Origin: an uncultured Lactobacillus sp.
Lineage (GTDB): Bacteria; Bacillota; Bacilli; Lactobacillales; Lactobacillaceae
Reading direction: 5' to 3'
Length of the DNA stretch: 64,000 bases
Assembly (NCBI GenBank): GCA_945872695.1
Contig: CAMCAL010000002.1
Location: forward strand, 504-64,503
Shown: positions 29,563 to 39,591 of the stretch, one piece after another
Numbering within the stretch: the stretch's first letter is position 1
How the letters are laid out: each line of letters starts with the position of its first letter
The notes under the pieces: model-generated
What the model saw: the letters and a program-made list of their open reading frames with translations, nothing else
Database searches by the model: none
Told to the model about the DNA's origin: nothing
Made by a program: the position numbers and the translations under genes

Positions 29563-29583
29563 AAATAGTAATGATTACTATTT
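29563..29583. promoter_or_regulatory. Zur box (zinc uptake repressor operator)
   Basis: AAATAGTAATGATTACTATTT is a perfect 10-1-10 palindrome. It closely matches the Firmicute Zur consensus AAATCGTAATNATTACGATTT and lies just downstream of the -10. Confidence 0.75.
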
Positions 29584-29603
29584 AATCAGAAGGAGGCAGA
29601 TGG

Positions 29604-30518
29604 GTGAAAAGAGATAAGTATTGGTTGGGCGTTAGTGGCCTGGTGGTGGTCCTGCTGGTGATTCTGGGGCTTTCAATGGTTCCGTGGCGTACCATGCACC
29701 AGGAACGGCGACCAATCCGGGTAATTACCAGCCTGGACTTTTATGGTGAAGTCGCCCAAGAGGTGGCCGGTAAGTATGGACAGGTGACGGCGCTCATTAA
29801 CAATGCCTCCATTGATCCGCATGATTATCAGCCGGGCACTTCCCAGGCGCAGAAGATGGCCCAGGCTAACGTGGTAATCCAGAATGGCCTCGGTTATGAC
29901 CACTGGTTGACTAAGCTGACCCAGTCAGCGGGCAGCAGGCATTACACCGTTGTCGATGTCGGCAGCCAGGTGGCCCACAAGCATTCCGGGGACAATGAGC
30001 ACGTCTGGTATGACCCGCAAACAATGGGGCACCTGGCAGATACGCTGGCCAGCCGTTACAGTAAGATTGACCCCGAACACCGGGCCTATTATCAGCGACG
30101 TGCTCGGCAGTACCACCGTTCGTTGGTACCGCTCAATCGAGAGATCGCCCGGGTGAAAGCCAACGTGGGTGATAAGCGGGCAGTCGCGGTCAGTGAACCG
30201 GTCTTTGACTACGCATTGAATGCCCTGGGTTATCGGGTAATTGATGCCCACTTTGAGAAGGCAATTGAGGACGGCAACGATCCGTCACCACAGGATATTC
30301 AGGAGTTGCAACAGGCGATCACTAATCACCAGATCGCGTTCTTTGTTGAAAACCGGCAGGCGAGCGACCACGTCATCAATAACATGGTCCGACTGGCCCA
30401 CAAGCATGGCGTGCCGGTGTTGAAGGTGACCGAGACCAAACCAAATGGTGTCAGCTATGTTCAATGGATGTTGAGCCAGTACCGGCAGCTGGCCCGGATT
30501 CAGCAGGAAGGAGAATAG
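29604..30518 (+). CDS. Metal (probably zinc) ABC transporter substrate-binding protein, ZnuA/AdcA (TroA) family
   Basis: 304 aa. A GTG start lies 7 nt after AGGAGG. An N-terminal membrane anchor is present, along with cluster-9 SBP motifs (DPHDYQP, DEHVWYDP). Confidence 0.75.
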   Translation: MKRDKYWLGVSGLVVVLLVILGLSMVPWRTMHQERRPIRVITSLDFYGEVAQEVAGKYGQVTALINNASIDPHDYQPGTSQAQKMAQANVVIQNGLGYDHWLTKLTQSAGSRHYTVVDVGSQVAHKHSGDNEHVWYDPQTMGHLADTLASRYSKIDPEHRAYYQRRARQYHRSLVPLNREIARVKANVGDKRAVAVSEPVFDYALNALGYRVIDAHFEKAIEDGNDPSPQDIQELQQAITNHQIAFFVENRQASDHVINNMVRLAHKHGVPVLKVTETKPNGVSYVQWMLSQYRQLARIQQEGE

Positions 30519-30519
30519 G

Positions 30520-31179
30520 ATGGCAGTTGTATCAGTAGAGGATCTTAATGTGGCCTATGGGAACCACCAGGTCATCTTGGACCTGAGTTTCACGGTGAAC
30601 GAAGGGGACTTCATGGTGGTCGTCGGCGAAAACGGGGTTGGTAAAACCACCCTCGTCCGGGCCCTGCTCGGCTTAATCAAACCGCACGGTGGTGAGATTG
30701 ATGTGCCCGCTAGCAGTCAGATCGGTTATGTTCCCCAGTTTCGTAACATTGACGAGGAGTACCCACTCTCGATCCGGGATTTTGTATCATTGAACGTCAA
30801 AAGGGGCGGCTTTCCCTGGTTGAGTAAAAAGGAACGAGCTAAGGTCGACCGGATGATCCGGATGACCGACCTGACGGCGATTGCCGATCGTCCCCTGGGG
30901 TTAGCCTCCGGTGGTGAGAAACAGCGGGCTTACCTGGCACAAGCCCTGCTCCGTTCGCCTAAGCTATTGATCCTCGACGAGTCGACGGCCAGCTTGGACA
31001 ACGAGATGAAGTATGAGCTGCTTGACCTAGTGACGCGCTTCCAGCAGGAAAACCTGAGCGTGATGTTCATCACTCATGACTGGGACCTGGCCCGCCACTT
31101 TGGGACCCGGTACCTGCAGATGATGCCTAATGGTTATAGCGAGGGGCCCATCAATGAGCTCCCTGAACCGGAAGAGTAG
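30520..31179 (+). CDS. Metal ABC transporter ATP-binding protein
   Basis: Walker A GENGVGKTT, signature ASGGEKQR and Walker B LILDEST are present. Confidence 0.85.
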   Translation: MAVVSVEDLNVAYGNHQVILDLSFTVNEGDFMVVVGENGVGKTTLVRALLGLIKPHGGEIDVPASSQIGYVPQFRNIDEEYPLSIRDFVSLNVKRGGFPWLSKKERAKVDRMIRMTDLTAIADRPLGLASGGEKQRAYLAQALLRSPKLLILDESTASLDNEMKYELLDLVTRFQQENLSVMFITHDWDLARHFGTRYLQMMPNGYSEGPINELPEPEE

Positions 31180-31190
31180 GGGGTGACAGA

Positions 31191-31991
31191 ATGTTAACAT
31201 TAGCTTTCATGCGACATGCCTTCATCGCCAGTACCTTTATCGCGGTAGTTAGTGGAATCGTCGGGGTATTTGTGGTGGCACGGCAGCTGTCGTTTTTGAC
31301 CCATACTCTGTCCGAAATTGGCTTTGCAGGGGCCTCGTTTGCGGTGTTTGCCGGCTGGCCAGCACTGGACGGGATGATCCTGTTTACCATGCTCAGCTCG
31401 GTCCTGGTTGGCCAGATGAGTATCAAGGAGTCGCGGCGGGAGGCCGTAATCAGTGCGGTTTCTGCCCTCTTCATCGGGTTGGGGATTCTCTTCCTGTCGT
31501 TGAGTAGTCAGACGGCTAGTTCCGCCACCAGCATTCTTTTCGGGAGTGTCGTGGGGATCAGTGCCAATGAAGTCCACCAGCTGATTGTTCTCTCCGCTGT
31601 GGTCCTGCTGATTACCCTGGCTGTTTACCGGCAGCTGAAGTTCAGCTCCTTCGACCCGATCGGTGCCCGGGTGACCGGGGTCAATGAAACCCTGATTTCG
31701 GTGATCTTCCTGCTCCTCCTGGCCCTGAGTGTCAGTGTGGCCGCTCAGATCGTGGGGTCGCTTTTGATCTTTATCCTCCTGACCTTGCCGGCCGCCAGCG
31801 CTAAGTACTTCACCCACGGGGTCTGCAAGATGATTGTTCTGGCAATCCTCTTCTCCCTGCTGGGCACTTGGCTGGGCCTTTTGTTGGGCTACCTGACCAA
31901 CTGGCCGGTCAGCTTCTTTATTGCCGTGATTGAGGTCATCATCTACGTGGTGGCCCTGGTTTATCAGAACTACTTTGTTGAAGCTAATTAA
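31191..31991 (+). CDS. Metal ABC transporter permease (ZnuB/AdcB-like)
   Basis: 266 aa, about 8 TM segments, ABC-3 family-like. Confidence 0.8.
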   Translation: MLTLAFMRHAFIASTFIAVVSGIVGVFVVARQLSFLTHTLSEIGFAGASFAVFAGWPALDGMILFTMLSSVLVGQMSIKESRREAVISAVSALFIGLGILFLSLSSQTASSATSILFGSVVGISANEVHQLIVLSAVVLLITLAVYRQLKFSSFDPIGARVTGVNETLISVIFLLLLALSVSVAAQIVGSLLIFILLTLPAASAKYFTHGVCKMIVLAILFSLLGTWLGLLLGYLTNWPVSFFIAVIEVIIYVVALVYQNYFVEAN

Positions 31992-32001
31992 CTAAGATAA
32001 G

Positions 32002-32032
32002 AGGTCGGCGAATTCGTTCGCCGACCTTTTTT
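32002..32032 (+). terminator. Intrinsic terminator of the metal ABC operon
   Basis: AGGTCGGCGAA / TTCGCCGACCT is followed by TTTTT. Confidence 0.85.
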
Positions 32033-32147
32033 GTACTAAATCTGGCACAGTTAATGCTAGTTCAGGTTTTTAAAAATAGTTCAGCTAAACCCGAACATTT
32101 TATGTTAAAATTAACTGGAATTAATACTTTTTGAAAGGCAGAGAAGA

Positions 32148-32981
32148 ATGATGAAAGTACGTCGAAGTAACCGTTTGGTAGATATGACTCGTTACCTGAT
32201 GGAACACCCTCGCACCTTGGTATCCCTGAAGTTCTTCAGCGAACGCTTTGGATCTGCAAAGTCCTCAATCAGCGAAGATCTAAGCATCGTTAAGCACACC
32301 TTCCATACCTGGGGAGAAGGCCGTCTTGAGACCATCCCCGGTGCCAGTGGTGGTGCAGTATTGACGCCGCTTTACTCCAAGGAAAATGCCCAAAAGGCGA
32401 TTGACAACCTGGTTGCGGAAGTCAACGATGACTCACGCCTCCTGCCAGGGGGATATGTTTACCTGTCTGACCTGATCGGCCGGCCGGATATCCTCCGGCA
32501 AGTGGGCCGCCTGATCGCTACCCAGTACGTTGATAAGGACGTTGACGTGATCATGACGGTCGAGACCAAGGGGATTCCGATTGCCCAGAGTGTGGCTATG
32601 TACATGAACAAGCCATTTGTGATTGTCCGCAACAGCTCCCACATCACGGAGGGGCCAACGGTCAGTGTTAACTACGTCTCTGGTTCAGTTCAACGGATCA
32701 AGAAGATGGAGCTCTCCCGGCGGACCCTGTCGGCAGGAGCCAATGTGGTCGTAGTTGATGACTTCATGAAGGGTGGGGGCACGCTCAACGGGATGCACTC
32801 ACTGATCAAGGAGTTTGACGCTCACCTGGTCGGCATGACCGTCCTGGCTGAGGGTAACGCCACAAATGGTAAGCGACTGGTTGACAATTGCACCTCATTA
32901 ATTAAAGTAGATGCTGAAGATGGCGAGACAAAGTCGATCACGGCCCGTCCCGGTAACTTCATGACAACTGTATTTGATTAG
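32148..32981 (+). CDS. purR: Purine operon repressor
   Basis: An N-terminal winged-helix domain ([16 protein letters not shown]) and a C-terminal PRT domain ([13 protein letters not shown]) are present. Confidence 0.9.
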   Translation: MMKVRRSNRLVDMTRYLMEHPRTLVSLKFFSERFGSAKSSISEDLSIVKHTFHTWGEGRLETIPGASGGAVLTPLYSKENAQKAIDNLVAEVNDDSRLLPGGYVYLSDLIGRPDILRQVGRLIATQYVDKDVDVIMTVETKGIPIAQSVAMYMNKPFVIVRNSSHITEGPTVSVNYVSGSVQRIKKMELSRRTLSAGANVVVVDDFMKGGGTLNGMHSLIKEFDAHLVGMTVLAEGNATNGKRLVDNCTSLIKVDAEDGETKSITARPGNFMTTVFD

Positions 32982-32983
32982 GA

Positions 32984-34369
32984 ATGGAGAAAAGATTAAC
33001 GATGGCAAAACGTAACGCAATTATTTTGGCAGCTGGTAAGGGGACGCGGATGCGCTCCAAGCTCTACAAGGTCCTCCACCAGGTATGTGGTAAGACCATG
33101 GTGGACCATGTCTTGACGCAACTTGAGAAGGCTCACATCGAAAACATCATCACGGTGGTTGGCTTCGGTGCTAAGACCGTCGAAGAGAGCCTCGGTCACC
33201 GGACCCGCTATGTCCTGCAGAAGCAACAACTGGGGACTGGTCACGCGGTTATGCAGACCAAGGACATCCTGGGTGACATTGATGGTGAGACCATCATTGT
33301 CAGTGGGGACACTCCACTGTTCCGGGCGGAAACCTTTGAGAAGCTCTTCCAGTACCATGAACAACGTCATGCTGCTGCTACGATCCTGACTTCCGTTGCC
33401 CCAGACCCAACTGGCTATGGTCGGATTGTCCGCAACGATGTCGGCATTGTGGAACGGATCGTCGAACAAAAGGACGCCAACGTTCAAGAACAGGCAATCA
33501 AGGAAATCAACACCGGGGTTTACTGCTTCGATAACAAGAAGCTCTTCGCTGCCTTGAACAAGATTAATAACGATAACGCCCAGGGTGAATACTACCTGAC
33601 CGATGTTATTGGTATTCTGAAGAGCGAAAACGAAATTGTGACGGCCTACAAGATGGATGACTTTGACGAGTCCATGGGGGTTAATGACCGGGTTGCCCTC
33701 GCCCGGGCTAACAAGGTAATGCGTGACCGGATCAACAAGCACTGGATGCAAGAAGGGGTCTCAATGATTGATCCTGACACTACCTACATCGATGCCGATG
33801 TTACCTTAGGCCGGGATACGGTTCTGGAAGGCAACGTGGTCCTCAAGGGAAAGACGGTCATCGGTAACGACTGCTACATCAGTGCGGGTTCCCGGATCAT
33901 TGACTCCACGATTCACGATGGGGTTAAGATTACCTCTTCGACTCTGGAAAGTGCTGAGATGCACAACGGTAGTGACATTGGTCCAAACAGTCACCTGCGT
34001 CCAGAAGCCGAGATCGGTGAAAATGTCCACATCGGTAACTTCTGTGAAGTCAAGAAGGCCTACATTGGCGAAGGCACCAAGGTTGGTCACCTGACCTACA
34101 TCGGTAACGCGACCCTGGGTAAGAACATCAACGTCGGCTGTGGGGTTGTCTTTGTCAACTACGACGGGACCAACAAGCACCACACCAACGTCGGCGACCA
34201 CGCCTTCATCGGCAGCAATAGTAACCTGGTTGCGCCAGTTAACATCGCCAAGGATGCCTTCATTGCGGCTGGTTCCACGATCACTGACAGTGTTGAACAA
34301 TACGACATGGCGATTGCTCGGGCACGGCAGGTCAACAAGAAGGATTACGCCAAGAAGCTACCGTGGTAA
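32984..34369 (+). CDS. glmU: Bifunctional UDP-N-acetylglucosamine pyrophosphorylase / glucosamine-1-phosphate N-acetyltransferase
   Basis: [12 protein letters not shown] and C-terminal hexapeptide repeats are present. An alternative start at ATG 33002 (MAKRNAIIL) is equally plausible. Confidence 0.95.
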   Translation: MEKRLTMAKRNAIILAAGKGTRMRSKLYKVLHQVCGKTMVDHVLTQLEKAHIENIITVVGFGAKTVEESLGHRTRYVLQKQQLGTGHAVMQTKDILGDIDGETIIVSGDTPLFRAETFEKLFQYHEQRHAAATILTSVAPDPTGYGRIVRNDVGIVERIVEQKDANVQEQAIKEINTGVYCFDNKKLFAALNKINNDNAQGEYYLTDVIGILKSENEIVTAYKMDDFDESMGVNDRVALARANKVMRDRINKHWMQEGVSMIDPDTTYIDADVTLGRDTVLEGNVVLKGKTVIGNDCYISAGSRIIDSTIHDGVKITSSTLESAEMHNGSDIGPNSHLRPEAEIGENVHIGNFCEVKKAYIGEGTKVGHLTYIGNATLGKNINVGCGVVFVNYDGTNKHHTNVGDHAFIGSNSNLVAPVNIAKDAFIAAGSTITDSVEQYDMAIARARQVNKKDYAKKLPW

Positions 34370-34486
34370 TTTCAGTTTTGCTTGCTTTTTAACAGGCGGC
34401 TCTATATGATAGAAAAGGATAGAATATATCTTTATTAATGAGCTAACCGTACGTCAGTAGCTATTTTATAAATTGCGGAGGATCTA

Positions 34487-35473
34487 ATGACACAGCATTA
34501 TTCTGACTCTAATTTAAAAATCTTTGCGTTAAATTCTAACCGCCCGTTGGCTGAGAAGATCGCAGAACACGTCGGCGTCGAACTGGGGAAGTTATCCGTT
34601 GACCGGTTTAGCGATGGTGAAATTCAGATCAACATCGAAGAGAGTGTGCGGGGTGACAACGTCTATGTCATCCAGTCCACTTCTGCACCAGTCAATGACA
34701 ACCTGATGGAACTATTGATCATGGTGGATGCCCTGCGGCGGGCCAGTGCTAAGACTATTAACGTGGTTATGCCATACTATGGTTACGCACGGCAGGATCG
34801 GAAGGCACGGAGCCGGGAACCAATTACGGCTAAGCTGGTTGCTAATATGCTCCAAAACTCTGGGGTCGACCGGGTCATCGCCCTTGACCTGCACGCAGCT
34901 CAGATTCAGGGCTTCTTTGACATCCCAGTTGACCACCTGATGGGGGCACCCCTGTTGGCAGAATACTTCATTCGTGAAGGGGTCGCTGACGATGCCGTGG
35001 TGATCTCACCTGACCACGGTGGGGTGACCCGGGCCCGGGCACTGGCTGAATTCTTGAAGTCACCAATTGCCATCATCGATAAGCGTCGTCCTCGTGCTAA
35101 CGTTGCCCAGATCATGAACATCATTGGGAACGTTAAGGGGAAGAAGTGCATCATGATCGATGACATGATCGATACTGCCGGGACCATCACCCTTGGTGCC
35201 CAAGCGTTGATTGACGCTGGGGCCAAGGAAGTCTACGCTTCATGTACCCACGCGGTTCTTTCCGGTCCGGCCATTGAACGACTGGATAAGTCACCAATCA
35301 AGGAAGTGGTTGTGACGGACTCTATCAAGTTACCAGCCGAAAAGCAGATCAAGAAGATCAAGCAGGTTTCCGTTGCCCCACTGATTGCTGATGCGATCAA
35401 GCGGATCAACGAAAACCGGCCAGTCAGCCCTCTCTTTAAGCGGGTTTTCCAGAGTGCAGAATTAGAAAAGTAA
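34487..35473 (+). CDS. prs: Ribose-phosphate pyrophosphokinase
   Basis: [10 protein letters not shown] and the PRPP-binding loop [11 protein letters not shown] are present. Confidence 0.97.
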   Translation: MTQHYSDSNLKIFALNSNRPLAEKIAEHVGVELGKLSVDRFSDGEIQINIEESVRGDNVYVIQSTSAPVNDNLMELLIMVDALRRASAKTINVVMPYYGYARQDRKARSREPITAKLVANMLQNSGVDRVIALDLHAAQIQGFFDIPVDHLMGAPLLAEYFIREGVADDAVVISPDHGGVTRARALAEFLKSPIAIIDKRRPRANVAQIMNIIGNVKGKKCIMIDDMIDTAGTITLGAQALIDAGAKEVYASCTHAVLSGPAIERLDKSPIKEVVVTDSIKLPAEKQIKKIKQVSVAPLIADAIKRINENRPVSPLFKRVFQSAELEK

Positions 35474-35480
35474 GGTAATT

Positions 35481-35518
35481 AACGACGTAATCGCGGATTA
35501 GTGGTTACGTCGTTTTTC
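35481..35518 (+). terminator. Intrinsic terminator of prs
   Basis: AACGACGTAA / TTACGTCGTT is followed by TTTT. Confidence 0.75.
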
Positions 35519-35591
35519 AAATTGGCTATTCATGATATAATATAAGTGAGTAGAATTTATCTAGATCTGGTAGATTAGGAGAGAACTAATT

Positions 35592-36332
35592 ATGAACAAA
35601 ATAATAAAAAAGACGATTGTAGGGACCGCCGCACTGACGGTTTCCGTTTTGTTGGCGGCTTGTGGTCAACAGAGCACGACCAGCTCGTCGAGTAGTTCGT
35701 CTTCTAAGGTTCGTTCCTCAGAAAATGAATCGACCAAGGCATATCATTCTGCTAACCGCATGATCCGCAACCATGATTACCAAGGTGCTTATGATAAGCT
35801 GAATGCGGTTAATAACCGTTCTGGTCAGGCTGATAAGCTGAGTACTGACTTACAAAACTACATCAGTGCCAAGTCTGCCTATGACAATGGTAATTATGAC
35901 CAGGCAGTCAGCAACCTGAAGAATCTGAAGTCCACTAGTCCGGCAATGCGGGACGCATATGCAAGTCTTCAGAACAAGATCACGAGTGCTAAGAAGAACA
36001 GTTACAGTAGTAGTAACAGCTCAACCACTAACGTTAGCCGGAACAGCAGTAGTACAAGCTCAGCGGTTGCTAAGAATGGCAGCAGCCAGAGCAGTAGCAC
36101 TACAGCGGCTAATGCTAATGTTGATAGCCAGACAAGTGACCAGATAGTTACCCAGTTTGCTAATAAGATGGGCTTTGCTGGTAGCAAGGGATATGAGATT
36201 ATTCCAACGGCAAAGAACGGTAGTGTTTACCGGTTTGAAGTTCGGCAAAACAACCAAGACAACACGGTTGCCAGCATGATTGGCATTTACCAATACAACA
36301 GCCAGACTGGTGCGGTTACCAAATTGCAATAA
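35592..36332 (+). CDS. Serine-rich putative lipoprotein of unknown function
   Basis: A signal peptide with the lipobox LLAAC is followed by a poly-Ser linker. A second Ser/Thr-rich low-complexity region is also present. Confidence 0.6.
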   Translation: MNKIIKKTIVGTAALTVSVLLAACGQQSTTSSSSSSSSKVRSSENESTKAYHSANRMIRNHDYQGAYDKLNAVNNRSGQADKLSTDLQNYISAKSAYDNGNYDQAVSNLKNLKSTSPAMRDAYASLQNKITSAKKNSYSSSNSSTTNVSRNSSSTSSAVAKNGSSQSSSTTAANANVDSQTSDQIVTQFANKMGFAGSKGYEIIPTAKNGSVYRFEVRQNNQDNTVASMIGIYQYNSQTGAVTKLQ

Positions 36333-36352
36333 TAAGTTCAACGAACAAGAAA

Positions 36353-36386
36353 GGGATCCGGTATTGTTGTGTACCGGATCCTTTTT
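36353..36386 (+). terminator. Intrinsic terminator of the lipoprotein gene
   Basis: GGATCCGGTA / TACCGGATCC is followed by TTTTT. Confidence 0.75.
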
Positions 36387-36404
36387 GTATGTGGGGGTAA
36401 TGCT

Positions 36405-37301
36405 ATGTGTACTGTGATGACGATTGACCAAGAGCACCTGCTAGGGCGGACGATGGACTTTCCACCCCGGACGCCCTGGCACCTAACCTACCTACCACAA
36501 GGCTATCGGTGGCGGGCCACCAATATGCCGACCACGTATTGTAACCAGCGGGCCCTGCTTGGCGGCATGCGGGTGGTTGATGACCACTACCTAGTGGGGG
36601 ATGGTATTAATGACGCCGGAATGGCCATGGCGGAGCTCTTTTTCCCGGTTGAAGCCGACTACCCGACGACAGTTCAGCCAGGAACGCATGGCTTGACCCC
36701 ACAGGACTTTATTATGTGGGCGTTAGGAAACCACGCGACGGTTAGTGAACTGGCAGCCGACCTTGACCGGGTGACGGTGATCGATGCGCGGTGGTACGAC
36801 CACCAGCGTTACCCATTTCACTGGTTAGTGATGGATAAGACTGGAACCTACGTGATTGAGCCGCTGGGTGATCATCTCCGCGTCCGGGCCAATCCGCTAG
36901 CCGTCTTCACCAATACCCCATCCCTGGATGAGCAGCTGGAGAAATTAGCAGCTTACCTGGGGCAACCCACTACTGCAAGCGTTAGCCAGTTAATGGCTGC
37001 GGCCGCAAATACGAGCAAGCCGTTCCCCACGGGTGGTAATTCAGTGCAGCGGTTTATTAAGGCAGCCATCTATCGGTGGGAAAAGACACCACGAAACGTA
37101 GCAGCACTGCGGACCTTCCTGCAGAGTGTGACGGTTCCCAATTCACCGGCCCATGCCCATAACTATACTCACTACCAGGCGGTCATCGATCTTGCTAACC
37201 TTCGTTATGATTTTCATGACCTGCACTCAGGAGCAGTGGTTAGCCATGACCTACCGTACTTGATGCGGGAATACCCGACCGTCCCCCAGCGATTTGAATG
37301 A
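36405..37301 (+). CDS. Choloylglycine hydrolase-family Ntn hydrolase (bile-salt hydrolase / penicillin V acylase-like)
   Basis: The start at MCTVMT gives the Cys2 nucleophile typical of the family, and RTMDF follows. The track start at 36369 lies inside the upstream terminator. Confidence 0.72.
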   Translation: MCTVMTIDQEHLLGRTMDFPPRTPWHLTYLPQGYRWRATNMPTTYCNQRALLGGMRVVDDHYLVGDGINDAGMAMAELFFPVEADYPTTVQPGTHGLTPQDFIMWALGNHATVSELAADLDRVTVIDARWYDHQRYPFHWLVMDKTGTYVIEPLGDHLRVRANPLAVFTNTPSLDEQLEKLAAYLGQPTTASVSQLMAAAANTSKPFPTGGNSVQRFIKAAIYRWEKTPRNVAALRTFLQSVTVPNSPAHAHNYTHYQAVIDLANLRYDFHDLHSGAVVSHDLPYLMREYPTVPQRFE

Positions 37302-37309
37302 CTCTAAAA

Positions 37310-37357
37310 TAATAATCGGCAACCACGGATATCGATTTCTGTGGTTGCCGATTTTGT
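37310..37357. terminator. Bidirectional terminator between convergent genes
   Basis: AATCGGCAACCAC (37314-37326) / GTGGTTGCCGATT (37341-37353) has A-rich and T-rich flanks. Confidence 0.8.
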
Positions 37358-37374
37358 TGTTCTTAACAATGTGG

Positions 37375-38202
37375 TTATTTTACATTAAAGACGTACTTAT
37401 CAACCGCCTCGGCGACCCCGTCGTGATTGTTATCTGCTACGGTAACGTCAGCGATTTTCAGGGTTTCAGGGATCGAGTTACCCATGGCCACGCCAATCCC
37501 GGCAAACTCAATCATTGAGTTGTCATTTTGGGCATTACCGAGGGCCATGACCTCATCTTGCTTGATGTCCAGCTGCTCGCTGAGGGTTTTCAATGTCTGC
37601 CCCTTGCTGGCACTTGGATGCATGAATTCCAGGTAGAAGTCCTCACTACGGACGATTGAGAAACGGTCGCGCAGGTCCTGTGGGAGGTGGGCCAATGCCG
37701 TGTCGATCTTGTCCTTCTCATCCACCATCATGGCCTTAGCGACGATGTACTGGTCGCGTTCCCGGGCCATCTCATCCATCGAGCGGTAGTGGACTGGCAT
37801 GTCGACCAGCCCAGACTCGTAAATGGTGTACTTACTGAGGTCCTGGTTGGTGGTGTAGATGTAGTCACGGGTTTCAATCTGGGAGTGGACCCCCTGCTTG
37901 AGGCAGAAGTTTTCCCAGTCGGCGTAGTCATCAAAGGAGATACTGTGGTTGACGATGACATTGCCACTGGTTGATTGGGCCAAACCACCGTTGAAGCTGA
38001 CCACGTACTCGTCGTCTTGATCGGCGATGCCCAGTTCCTTGAGGTAGGCCGTGACCCCGGTCATCGGTCGTCCAGTACAGAGGACGACCTTGACGCCCGC
38101 CGCCGTGGCCTTCTTGAGGGCGGCCACCGTCTTCGGGGTGATTTGACGTTGGTCATTGATCAGGGTACCGTCGATATCGATTGCAACTAATTTGATTGCC
38201 AT
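37375..38202 (-). CDS. Cof-type HAD-IIB phosphatase
   Basis: DIDGTL motif I, TGR motif II and GNAQNDNSM motif IV are present. Confidence 0.82.
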   Translation of the reverse strand: MAIKLVAIDIDGTLINDQRQITPKTVAALKKATAAGVKVVLCTGRPMTGVTAYLKELGIADQDDEYVVSFNGGLAQSTSGNVIVNHSISFDDYADWENFCLKQGVHSQIETRDYIYTTNQDLSKYTIYESGLVDMPVHYRSMDEMARERDQYIVAKAMMVDEKDKIDTALAHLPQDLRDRFSIVRSEDFYLEFMHPSASKGQTLKTLSEQLDIKQDEVMALGNAQNDNSMIEFAGIGVAMGNSIPETLKIADVTVADNNHDGVAEAVDKYVFNVK

Positions 38203-38205
38203 TGT

Positions 38206-39591
38206 TTATTGTTCCTCCTTGGGATTGATGATGTGGTTATTTTGAATGTAACTCTGAAACTTCTCGTAGATGGGCTCAAAGACTTCAATGTTTTGCTGAC
38301 TCTGGAGCATCTCCTTAGGGAAGAAGAAGCGCTGGTCGCCGGCTTCCCGGCCCGAGACGCTAGCAACGAGGGTGCTGACCTGGGAAAGCTCGATGAACTC
38401 ACCGTTGGGTTGGACCAGCTCGATCTGGGTCTGCGGTTTGGAGGCCTTCGGGTTATATGTATCATAAGGGAGCTTGAAACTATCGTTGACGGCCGTGTAG
38501 TAGCGTTCGTCAAAGCCAGCGGTCCTGATCAGGTTACGCAGGGTGGGCAATAGGTCAGCTGTCTGTTGGTCGTAGATGGCCGACTTGAACGGCCGCCGGT
38601 TGAGAAAGCGGTTGGCGAGGTCATTTAGGATATCATCGCTGGAGTGAGTCCAGTGGTTGAAGTAGGTGGTCAGGACCCCGTCGTCGAGTGCCAGGTAGTC
38701 ATCGAGGGTGAAATGCTTGTTGAAAAACGGCATCAGCATGTATGGAGTGAAGCTGGGCTCGAACTCGTTGGGGTGTTCATAGATGTGCTTGGCCCGCATC
38801 AGCAGGTGGTCAAGGATGACTTCCATTGCTCGGGAAACGGGGTGGAAGTAAACCTGAAGATACATCTGCAGCCGGCTGATGATGTAGTCTTCGACGGCAT
38901 GCATTCCTGAGATCTCAAAGGCAATTCCATCCTTGACCGGCCGCATGACGTGCAGGACCCGGTCGAGGTCAAACTTACCGTAGTTGGTTCCCGTGTAATA
39001 GGAGTCACGCTGGAGGTAGTCCATTCGGTCAGCGTCGACCTGGCTGGAGATCATCTGGACAACCTGCTGGTTCGGGTAGGTGTGGTCAATCACGCTGGCT
39101 ACCTGGTGGGGGAAGTCAGGGGCGACCCGGCGAAGGATCTTGTTGATGTTGGTCTCGGGACTGGTGATTAGCTGCCGGGTAATCTGCTCGTGGTTGGTGT
39201 GGAAGATGTGTTCAAAGGTGTGTGAATAGGGGCCATGGCCGAGGTCGTGCAACAGGGCTGCACAGAGGGCTACGGGCCGCTGGTGGTCATCCCAAAGACC
39301 GTCACCGGGGTGTTTGCTCGGGTAGTTGCGCTGGAAATTATTGCACATCTGCCGGGTAATCTCATAGACCCCGAGGCAGTGACCAAAGCGGGAATGCTCG
39401 GCACCATGGAAGGTGAACGAGGAGGTTCCCAGCTGCTTGACGCGGCGCAAACGTTGGAACTCCGGCGTGTTGATGAGGTCCATGATGATCTGGTTATCGA
39501 CGATGATCTGCCCGTGGATGGGGTCCCGGAAGACCTTCTCTCTGGGAAGCTTCTCTTCGTTGAAGCGTTCAAATTGTTCCACGTGGATCAC
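38206..39591 (-). CDS. HD-domain phosphohydrolase (dNTP triphosphohydrolase-like, YwfO-type)
   Basis: HSRFGHCLGV and LLHDLGHGPYSH are present, and the length is 461 aa. Confidence 0.8.
   Translation of the reverse strand: MIHVEQFERFNEEKLPREKVFRDPIHGQIIVDNQIIMDLINTPEFQRLRRVKQLGTSSFTFHGAEHSRFGHCLGVYEITRQMCNNFQRNYPSKHPGDGLWDDHQRPVALCAALLHDLGHGPYSHTFEHIFHTNHEQITRQLITSPETNINKILRRVAPDFPHQVASVIDHTYPNQQVVQMISSQVDADRMDYLQRDSYYTGTNYGKFDLDRVLHVMRPVKDGIAFEISGMHAVEDYIISRLQMYLQVYFHPVSRAMEVILDHLLMRAKHIYEHPNEFEPSFTPYMLMPFFNKHFTLDDYLALDDGVLTTYFNHWTHSSDDILNDLANRFLNRRPFKSAIYDQQTADLLPTLRNLIRTAGFDERYYTAVNDSFKLPYDTYNPKASKPQTQIELVQPNGEFIELSQVSTLVASVSGREAGDQRFFFPKEMLQSQQNIEVFEPIYEKFQSYIQNNHIINPKEEQ

Noticed and set aside
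32996-33751. A 251-aa ORF antisense to glmU, plus similar long antisense ORFs at 42409-42990, 61920-62537, 21099-21806, 31200-31817 and 7051-7614
   Set aside because: All lie fully inside well-supported genes on the other strand, lack SD sequences and give compositionally odd proteins. I treat them as frame artefacts.
36369-36404. The upstream TTG/ATG start of the choloylglycine hydrolase-family ORF (track start 36369)
   Set aside because: It would place 12 residues before the obligatory N-terminal Cys nucleophile and would begin inside the preceding terminator hairpin. ATG 36405 gives Met-Cys.
37294-37518. A 74-aa plus-strand ORF after the Ntn hydrolase gene
   Set aside because: It spans the bidirectional terminator and then runs antisense to the HAD phosphatase gene. 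There is no RBS.
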